From NCBI GenBank assembly GCA_964016885.1, contig OZ024741.1:409758001-409822000 (forward strand): a stretch of DNA of 64,000 bases, read 5' to 3'. A program made the position numbers and the translations under genes. The stretch is from Eledone cirrhosa (lineage: Eukaryota). Positions 53,109-64,000 of the stretch are shown here, piece by piece (within the stretch, counting starts at the first letter, position 1; every line of letters starts with the position of its first letter). Below the pieces are notes generated by a model. That model saw nothing but the letters and a program-made list of their open reading frames with translations. It searched no databases and had not been told where the DNA came from.

Positions 53109-56100
53109 ACTGTATCTCTGGGTATATCTGGTTTACAATAGGTACACTGTATCCCTGGGTATATCAGGTTTACAATAGGTACACTGTATCCCTGTGTATA
53201 TCTGGTTTACAATAGGTACACTGTATCCATGTGTATATCTGGTTTACAATAGGTACACTGTATCCCTGTATATCAGGTTTACTATAGGTATACTGTATCC
53301 CTGTGTATATCTGGTTTACGATAGGTACACTGTATCCCTGTGTATATCAGGTTTACAATAGGTACACTGTATCCCAGTATATATCAGGTTTACAATAGGT
53401 ACACTGTATCCCAGTGTATATCAGGTTTACAATAGGTACACAGTATCGCTGTATATCTGGTTTACAATAGGTACACTGTCTCCCTGTGTATATCTGGTTT
53501 ACAATAGGTACACTGTATCCCTGGGTATATCGGGTTTATAATAGGTACACTGTATCACTGTGTATATCTGGTTTACAATAGGTACACTGTATCCCAGTGT
53601 ATATCAGGTTTACAATAGGTACACTGCATCCCTGTGTATATCTGGTTTATAATAAGTACACTGTCTCCCTAGGTATATCTGGTTTACATTAGGTACACTG
53701 TATCCCAGTGTATATCAGGTTTACAATAGGTACACTGTATCCCTGTGTATCTGGTTTACAATAGGTACACTGTATCCCTGGGTATATCTGGTTTACAATA
53801 GGTACACTGTATCCCTGGGTATATCAGGTTTACAATAGGTACACTGTATCCCTGTGTATATCTGGTTTACAATAGGTACACTGTATCCATGGGTATATCT
53901 GGTTTACAATAGGTACACTGTATCCCTGTATATCAGGTTTACTATAGGTACACTGTATCCCAGTGTATATCTGGTTTACAATAGGTACACTGTATCCCTG
54001 GGTATATCGGGTTTATAATAGGTACACTGTATTACTGTGTATATCTGGTTTACAATAGGTACACTGTATCCCTGGGTATATCTGGTTTACGATAGGTACA
54101 CTGTATCCCTGTGTATATTTGGTTTACAATAGGTACACTGTATCCCAGTGTATATCAGGTTTACAATAGGTACACTGCATCCCTGTGTATATCTGGTTTA
54201 TAATAAGTGCACTGTCTCCCTAGGTATACCTGGTTTACATTAGGTACACTGTATCCCAGTGTATATCAGGTTTACAATAGGTACACTGTATCTCTGGGTA
54301 TATCTGGTTCACAATAGGTACACTGTATCCCTGGGTATCTGGTTTACAATAGGTACACTGTATCCCTGTGTATCTGGTTTACAATAGGTACACTGTATCT
54401 CTGGGTATATCTGGTTCACAATAGGTACACTGTATCCCTGGGTATATCAGGTTTACAATAGGTACACTGTATCCCTGTGTATATCTGGTTTACAATAGGT
54501 ACACTGTATCCATGTGTATATCTGGTTTACAATAGGTACACTGTATCCCTGTATATCAGGTTTACTATAGGTATACTGTATCCCTGTGTATATCTGGTTT
54601 ACAATAGGTACACTGTATCCCTGTTTATATCTTGTTTACAATAGGTACACTGTATCCCTGGGTATATCGGGTTTATAATAGGTACACTGTATCCCTGTGT
54701 ATCTGGTTTACAATAGGTACACTGTATCCCTGGGTATATCAGGTTTACAATAGGTACACTGTATCCCTGTGTATATCTGGTTTACAATAGGTACACTGTA
54801 TCCATGTGTATATCTGGTTTACAATAGGTACACTGTATCCCTGTATATCAGGTTTACTATAGGTATACTGTATCCCTGTGTATATCTGGTTTACAACAGG
54901 TACACTGTATCCCTGTTTATATCTTGTTTACAATAGGTACACTGTATCCCTGGGTATATCGGGTTTATAATAGGTACACTGTATCCCTGTGTATCTGGTG
55001 TACAATAGGTACACTGTATCCCTGGGTATATCTGGTTTACAATAGGTACACTGTATCCCTGGGTATATCAGGTTTACAATAGGTACACTGTATCCCTCTG
55101 TATATCTGGTTTACAATAGGTACACTGTATCCATGGGTATATCTGGTTTACAATAGGTACACTGTATCCCTGTATATCAGGTTTACTATAGGTACACTGT
55201 ATCCCTGTGTATATCTGGTTTACAATAGGTACACTGTATCCCAGTGTATATCTGGTTTACAATAGGTACACTGTATCCCTGGGTATATCGGGTTTATAAT
55301 AGGTACACTGTATCACTGTGTATATCTGGTTTACAATAGGTACACTGTATCTCAGTGTGTATCTGGTTTACAATAGGTACACTGTATACCTGTGTATATC
55401 AGGTTTACAATAGGTACACTGTATCCCTTTGGTATATCTGGTTTACAATTGGTACACTGTATCCCTGTGTATATCAGGTTTACAATAGGTACACTGTATC
55501 CCTGTGTATATCTGGTTTACAATAGGTACACTGTATCCATGGGTATATCTGGTTTACAATAGGTACACTGTATCCCTGTGTATATCTAGTTTACAATAGG
55601 TACACTGTATCCCTGGGTATATCAGGTTTACAATAGGTACACTGAATCCTTGTGTATATCTGGTTTACAATAGGTACACTGTATCATTGGGTATATCTGG
55701 TTTACAATAGGTACACTGTATCCCTGTGTATATCAAGTTTACTATAGGTACACTGCATCCCTGTGTATATCTGGTTTATAATAAGTACACTGTCTCCCTG
55801 GGTATATCTGGTTTACATTAGGTACACTGTATCCCAGTGTATATCAGGTTTACAATAGGTACACTGTATCCCTGCTGTATATCTGGTTTACAATAGGTAC
55901 TCTGTATCTCAGTGTATATCTGGTTTACAATAGGTACACTGTATCCCTGTGTATATCTGTTTTACAATAAGTACACTGTATCCCTGTGTATATCTGGTTT
56001 ACAATAGGTACACTGTATCCCTGGGTATATCTGGTTTACAATATGTACACTGTATCCCAGTGTATATCAGGTTTACAATAGGTACACTGTATCCCTGCTG

Positions 56101-59100
56101 TATATCTGGTTTACAATAGGTACTCTGTATCTCAGTGTATATCTGGTTTACAATAGCTACACTGTATCCCTGTGTATATCTGGTTTACAATAGGTACACT
56201 GTATCCCTGTGTATATCTGGTTTACAATAGGTACACTGTATCCCAGTGTATATCTGGTTTACGATAGGTACACTGTATCCCTGTGTATATCAGGTTTACA
56301 ATAGGTACACTGTATCCCAGTATATATCAGGTTTACAATAGGTACACTGTATCCCAGTGTATATCAGGTTTACAATAGGTACACAGTATCGCTGTATATC
56401 TGGTTTACAATAGGTACACTGTCTCCCTGTGTATATCTGGTTTACAATAGGTACACTGTATCCCTGGGTATATCGGGTTTATAATAGGTACACTGTATCA
56501 CTGTGTATATCTGGTTTACAATAGGTACACTGTATCCCAGTGTATATCAGGTTTACAATAGGTACACTGCATCCCTGTGTATATCTGGTTTATAATAAGT
56601 ACACTGTCTCCCTAGGTATATCTGGTTTACATTAGGTACACTATATCCCAGTGTATATCAGGTTTACAATAGGTACACTGTATCCCTGTGTATCTGGTTT
56701 ACAATAGGTACACTGTATCCCTGGGTATATCGGGTTTATAATAGGTACACTGTATTACTGTGTATATCTGGTTTACAATAGGTACACTGTATCCCTGTGT
56801 ATATCTGGTTTACAATAGGTACACTGTATCCCTGGGTATATCGGGTTTATAATAGGTACACTGTATCCCTGTGTATCTGGTTTACAATAGGTACACTGTA
56901 TCCCTGGGTATATCTGGTTTACAATAGGTACACTGTATCCCTGGGTATATCAGGTTTACAATAGGTACACTGTATCCCTGTGTATATCTGGTTTACAATA
57001 GGTACACTGTATCCATGGGTATATCTGGTTTACAATAGGTACACTGTATCCCTGTATATCAGGTTTACTATAGGTACACTGTATCCCTGTGTATATCTGG
57101 TTTACAATAGGTACACTGTATCCCAGTGTATATCTGGTTTACAATAGGTACACTGTATCCCTGGGTATATCGGGTTTATAATAGGTACACTGTATTACTG
57201 TGTATATCTGGTTTACATTAGGTACACTGTATCCCAGTGTGTATCTGGTTTACAATAGGTACACTGTATACCTGTGTATATCTGGTTTACAATAAGTACA
57301 CTGTATCCCTGGGTATATCAGGTTTACAATAGGTACACTGTATCCCTGTGCATATCAGGTTTACAATAGCTACCCTGTATCCCAGTATATATCTGGTTTA
57401 CAATAGGTACACTGTATCCCAGTGTGTATCAGGTTTACAATAGGTACACTGTATCACTGTATATATCTGGTTTTCAATAGGTACACTGTATCTCTGTGTA
57501 TATCTAGTTTACAATAGGTACACTGAATCCCTGTCTATATCTGGTTTACAATAGGTACACTGTATCCCTGGGTATATCTGGTTTACAATAGGTACACTGT
57601 ATCCCTGTGTATATCAAGTTTACAATAGGTACACTGTATGCCTGTGTATATCAAGTTTACAATAGGTACACTGTATCCCTGTATATCAGGTTTACAATAG
57701 GTACACTGTATCCCTGTGTATCTGGTTTACAATAGGTACACTGTATCCCTGGGTATATCTGGTTTACAACAGGTACACTGTATCCCTGGGTATATCAGGT
57801 TTACAATAGGTACACTGTATCCTGATGTATATCTGGTTTACAATAGGTACACTGTATTCCAGTATATATCTGGTTTACACTAGGTACACTGTATCCCTGG
57901 GTATATCTGGTTTACAATAGGTACACTGAATCCCTGTATATCAGGTTTACAATAGGTACACTGTATCCCAGTGTATATCTGGTTTACAATAGCTACACTG
58001 TATCCCTGTGTATATCTAGTTTACAGGAGGTACACTGTATCCCTGTGTATATCTGGTTTACAATAGGTACACTGTATCCCTGTGTATATCTAGTTTACAA
58101 TAGGTACACTGTATCCCTGTGTATATCTGGTTTACAATAGGTACACTGAATCCCTGTATATCTGGTTTACAATAGGTACACTGTATCCCTGTGTATATCA
58201 GGTTTACAATAGGTACACTGTATCCCTGTGTACATCTGGTTTACAATAGGTACACTGTATCCCAGTGAGTATCTGGTTCACAATAGGTACACTGTATCCA
58301 TGTGTATATCTGGTTTACAATAGGTACACTGTATCCCTGTGTATATCTAGTTTACAATAGGTACACTGTATCCCTGTGTATATCTGGTTTACAATAGGTA
58401 CACTGTATCCCTCTGTATATCAGGTTTACAATAGATACACTGTATCCCTGTGTATATCTGGTTTGCAATAGGTACACTGTATCCCTGGGTATATCTGTTT
58501 TACAATAGGTACACTGTATCCCTGTGTATATCTGGTTTACAATAGGTACTCTGTGTCCCTGGGTATATCTGGTTTACAATAAGTACACTGTATGCCTGTG
58601 TATATCTGGTTTACAATAGGTACACTGTATCCCAGTGAGTATCTGGTTTACAATAGGTACACTGTATCCTTGTGTATATATTGTTTACAAAAGGTACACT
58701 GTATCCCTGTGTATGTCTGGTTTACAATAGGTACACTGTATCCCTGGGTATATCAGGTTTACAATAGGTACACTGAATCCCTGTGTATATCTGGTTTACA
58801 ATAGGTACACTGTATCCCTGGGTATATCTGGTTTACAATAGGTACACTGTATCCCTGTGTATATCAGGTTTACAATAGGTACACTGTATCCCTGTGTATA
58901 TCAGGTTTACTATAGGTACACTGTATCCCTGTGTATATCTGGTTTTCAATAGGTACACTGTATCCTTGTGTTATATCTGGTTTACAATAGGTACACTGTA
59001 TCCCTGTATATCTGGTTTACAATGAGTACACTGTATCCCTGGGTATATCTGGTTTACAATAGGTACACTATCCCTGTGTATATCAGGTTTACAATAGCTA

Positions 59101-62100
59101 CCCTGTATCCCAGTATATATCTGGTTTACAATAGGTACACTGTATACCAGTGTGTATCAGGTTTACAATAGCTACCCTGTATCCCAGTATATATCTGGTT
59201 TACAATTGGTACACTGTATCCCTGTATATCTGGTTTACAATAGGTACAATGTATCACTGTATATATCTGGTTTTCAATAGGTACACTGTATCCCTGTGTA
59301 TATCTGGTTTACAATAGGTACACTGTATCCCTGGGTATATCTGGTTTACAATAGGTACACTGTATCCCTGTGTATATCTGGTTTACAATAGGTACACTGT
59401 ATCCCTGTGTATATCAGGTTTACAATAGGTACACTGTATCCCTGTGTATATCTGGTTTACAATAGTTACACTGTATCCATGGGTATATCTGGTTTACAAT
59501 AGGTACACTGTATCCCTGTGTATATCTGGTTTACAATAGGTACACTGTATCCCTGGGTATATCAGGTTTACAATAGGTACACTGAATCCCTGTGTATATC
59601 TGGTTTACAATAGGTACACTGCATCGCTGGGTATATCTGGTTTACGATAGGTACACTGTATCCCTGTGTATATTTGGTTTACAACAGGTACACTGTATCC
59701 CAGTGTATATCAGGTTTACAATAGGTACACTGTATCCATGTGTATATCAGGTTTACAATAGGTACACTGTATCCCTGTGTATATCAAGTTTACTATAGGT
59801 ACACTGCATCCCTGTATATATCTGGTTTATAATAAGTACACTGTCTCCCTAGGTATATCTGGTTTACATTAGGTACACTGTATCCCAGTGTATATCAGGT
59901 TTACAATAGGTACACTGTATCCCTGTATATCTGGTTTATAATAGGTACTCTGTATCCCAGTATATATCTGGTTTACTATAGGTACACTGTATCCCTGGGT
60001 ATATCGGGTTTATAATAGGTACACTGTATCACTGTGTATATCTGGTTTACAATAGGTACACTGTATGCCAGTGTGTATCTGGTTTACAATAGGTACACTG
60101 TATACCTGTGTATATCAGGTTTACAATAAGTACACTGTATCTCAGTGTATATCTGGCTTACAATAGGTACACTGTATCCCTGTGTATATCTGGTTTACAA
60201 TAAGTACACTGTATCCGTGGGTATATCTGGTTTACAGTAGGTACACTGTATCCCTGTGTATATCAGGTTTACAATAGCTACCCTGTATCCCAGTATATAT
60301 CTGGTTTACAATAGGTACACTGTATCCCAGTGTGTATCAGGTTTACAATAGGTACACTGTATCACTGTATATATCTGGTTTTCAATAGGTACACTGTATC
60401 TCTGTGTATATCTAGTTTACAATAGGTACACTGAATCCATGTCTATATCTGGTTTACAATAGTTACACTGTATCCCTGGGTATATCTGGTTTACAATAGG
60501 CACACTGTATCCCTGTGTATATCAAGTTTACAATAGGTACACTGTATCCCTGTGTATGTCTGGTTTACAATAGGTACACTGTATCCCTGTGTATATCAGG
60601 TTTACAATAGGTACACTGTATCCCTTTGGTATATCTGGTTTACAATAGGTACACTGTATCCCTGTGTATATCAGGTTTACAATAGGTACACTGTATCCCT
60701 GTGTATATCTGGTTTACAATAGGTACACTGTATCCATGGGTATATCTGGTTTACAATAGGTACACTGTATCCCTGTGTATATCTGGTTTACAATAGGTAC
60801 ACTGTATCCCTGGGTATATCAGGTTTACAATAGGTACACTGTATCCCTGGGTATATCTGGTTTACAATAGGTACACTGTATCCCTGTGTATATCAAGCTT
60901 ACTATAGGTACACTGCATCCCTGTGTATATCTGGTTTATAATAAGTACACTGTCTCCCTGGGTATATCTGGTTTACATTAGGTACACTGTATCCCAGTGT
61001 ATATCAGGTTTACAATAGGTACACTGTATCCCTGCTGTATATCTGGTTTACAATAGGTACTCTGTATCTCAGTGTATATCTGGTTTACAATAGGTACACT
61101 GTATCCCTGTGTATATCTGGTTTACAATAAGTACACTGTATCCCTGTGTATATCTGGTTTACAATAGGTACACTGTATCCCTGGGTATATCTGGTTTACA
61201 ATATGTACACTGTATCCCTGGGTATATCTGGTTTACAATAGGTACACTGTATCCCTGTATATCAGGTTTACTATAGGTACACTGTATCCCTGTGTATATC
61301 TGGTTTACAATAAGTACACTGTATCCCTGGGTATATCTGGTTTACAGTAGGTACACTGTATCCCTGTGTATATCAGGTTTACAATAGCTACCCTGTATCC
61401 CAGTATATATCTGGTTTACAATAGGTACACTGTATCCCAGTGTGTATCAGGTTTACAATAGGTACACTGTATCACTGTATATATCTGGTTTTCAATAGGT
61501 ACACTGTATCTCTGTGTATATCTAGTTTACAATAGGTACACTGAATCCATGTCTATATCTGGTTTACAATAGGTACACTGTATCCCTGGGTATATCTGGT
61601 TTACAATAGGCACACTGTATCCCTGTGTATATCAAGTTTACAATAGGTACACTGTATCCCTGTGTATGTCTGGTTTACAATAGGTACACTGTATCCCTGT
61701 GTATATCAGGTTTACAATAGGTACACTGTATCCCTTTGGTATATCTGGTTTACAATAGGTACACTGTATCCCTGTGTATATCAGGTTTACAATAGGTACA
61801 CTGTATCCCTGTGTATATCTGGTTTACAATAGGTACACTGTATCCATGGGTATATCTGGTTTACAATAGGTACACTGTATCCCTGTGTATATCTGGTTTA
61901 CAATAGGTACACTGTATCCCTGGGTATATCAGGTTTACAATAGGTACACTGAATCCTTGTGTATATCTGGTTTACAATAGGTACACTGTATCCCTGGGTA
62001 TATCTGGTTTACAATAGGTACACTGTATCCCTGTGTATATCAAGTTTACTATAGGTACACTGCATCCCTGTGTATATCTGGTTTATAATAAGTAAACTGT

Positions 62101-63280
62101 CTCCCTGGGTATATCTGGTTTACATTAGGTACACTGTATCCCAGTGTATATCAGGTTTACAATAGGTACACTGTATCCCTGCTGTATATCTGGTTTACAA
62201 TAGGTACTCTGTATCTCAGTGTATATCTGGTTTACAATAGGTACACTGTATCCCTGTGTATATCTGGTTTACAATAAGTACACTGTATCCCTGTGTATAT
62301 CTGGTTTACAATAGGTACACTGTATCCCTGGGTATATCGGGTTTATAATAGGTACACTGTATCACTGTGTATATCTGGTTTACAATAGGTACACTGTATC
62401 CCAGTGTGTATCTGGTTTACAATAGGTACACTGTATACCTGTGTATATCAGGTTTACAATAGGTACACTGTATCTCAGTGTATATCTGGTTTACAATAGG
62501 TACACTGTATCCCAGTGTATATCTGGTTTACGATAGGTACACTGTATCCCTGTGTATATCAGGTTTACAATAGGTACACTGTATCCCAGTATATATCAGG
62601 TTTACAATAGGTACACTGTATCCCAGTGTATATCAGGTTTACAATAGGTACACAGTATCTCTGTATATCTGGTTTACAATAGGTACACTGTCTCCCTGTG
62701 TATATCTGGTTTACAATAGGTACACTGTATCCCTGTGTATCTGGTTTACAATAGGTACACTGTATCCCTGGGTATATCTGGTTTACAATAGGTACACTGT
62801 ATCCCAGTGTATATCTGGTTTACAATAGGTACACCGTATCCCTGTGTATGTCAGGTTTACAATAGGTCCACTGTATCCCTGTGTATCTGGTTTACAATAG
62901 GTACACTGTATCCCTGTGTATATCTGGTTTACAATAGGTACACTGTATCCCTGGGTATATCAGGTTTACAATAGGTACACTGAATCCCTGTGTATATCTG
63001 GTTTACAATAGGTACACTGTATCCCTGGGTATATCTGGTTTACGATAGGTATACTGTATCCCTGTGTATATTTGGTTTACAATAGGTACACTGTATCCCA
63101 GTGTATATCAGGTTTACAATAGGTACACTGCATCCCTGTGTATATCTGGTTTATAATAAGTACACTGTCTCCCTAGGTATACCTGGTTTACATTAGGTAC
63201 ACTGTATCCCAGTGTATATCAGGTTTACAATAGGTACACTGTATCCCTGTGTATCTGGTTTACAATAGGTACACTGTATC
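53109..63280. repeat. Giant satellite array, part 2 (~275 monomers; largely a duplicate of ~40943-51032)
   Basis: Same monomer, with rare variants recurring in the same order (e.g. aagtgcact at ~41845/54205, tacaggagg at ~45553/58022). Confidence 0.99.
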
Positions 63281-64000
63281 ATCATCATCATCATCATCAC
63301 CGTTTTACGTCCGTTCTTCCACGCTAGCATGGGTTAGACGGGTTGTCCTGTTGTGGGCAGTGTCTGGTCGGCTGACCATGCCTTGCTCATACAGGAACTG
63401 ATCTGGCTTGATTTCTACAGCTGGATGCCCTTCCTAACACCAACCTCATTTACAGTGAGTGCTGGGTGCTTTTTCGTGGCGCCTACACGTCCACTTTACA
63501 GTGTGGGCTGGGTGCTATTTTGCCGTGGCACCTCCACGACCACCTTGCGGTGGGGGGGGGGGGGCATATTGTTTATATGCTTCAGCATGTACCCATGGGA
63601 GGTCGGGTACCCTGTATTACTGTGTGACGCCAGAAGTCACGGTCGTGTGTCATTGACTTTGAGAGGTGTAGTTGGGTAAGGTCGGCTTTTATCACCTCAT
63701 CCCAAGTCATCTTGGGTCTCCCCACTCCGCGGTTCCCATCAACTTCTAGTGCTCTGCACCTTTTTATGCAGCTGTCATCCTTCATACGCATCACATGTCC
63801 ATACCAGCGTAACCGCCTCTCCTGCACGCAGCATTTGATTCCTCTTATGCTCAGTCTCTCTCTCAATTCATTTATGCTTTGTCGTTCACGTATATTACTG
63901 TTACACATCCATCGGAGCATGCAGGCTTCGTTTCTCTCTAATCTACGTAAGTCTTCCACCTTCAGCGCCCAGGTCTCACTACCATGCAACATCGCTGTTC
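63281..64000 (-). mobile_element. Second copy of the RTE LINE (3' 720 bp; runs off the window)
   Basis: Appears identical to 51033-51753 except for the poly-G run (13 vs 14 G). Same junction with the satellite. Confidence 0.95.

Noticed and set aside
12668-59798. Short ORFs (YLVYNRYTVSLCIWFTIGTLYP...) in the array
   Set aside because: Chance read-through of the satellite from GTG starts where variants remove the TAG. No coding signal.
11575-63280. CRISPR-like array (37-bp repeats)
   Set aside because: Monomers are directly adjacent with no unique spacers, no cas genes are present, and the context is eukaryotic and intron-containing.

Overview
Eukaryotic, AT-rich, repeat-dense genomic DNA. 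The SINE and RTE-tail repertoire suggests an octopus or other coleoid cephalopod, which is an inference. Bases 3180-10642 hold five + strand coding exons of a C2orf42 homolog, with consistent splice phases. The gene's 3' half is not in the window, so everything after 10643 appears to be one intron of more than 53 kb. That intron carries a 105-bp tandem repeat and then ~50 kb of a 35/37/38-bp satellite (~1,350 monomers) organised in nested multi-kb duplications (offsets 5,793, 9,587 and ~12,250-12,500 bp). A young, 5'-truncated RTE-type LINE with an uninterrupted RT frame, an internal C4HC3 PHD-like finger, a (GAT)n tail and an 8-bp TSD inserted into the satellite. It was then duplicated as part of the ~12.4-kb higher-order unit. 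The first 11.5 kb also holds a degenerate Penelope-like GIY-YIG fragment with a fold-back junction, candidate minimal hammerhead ribozymes, tRNA-type SINEs, RTE 3'-end remnants in inverted pairs, Helitron-like elements and microsatellites.
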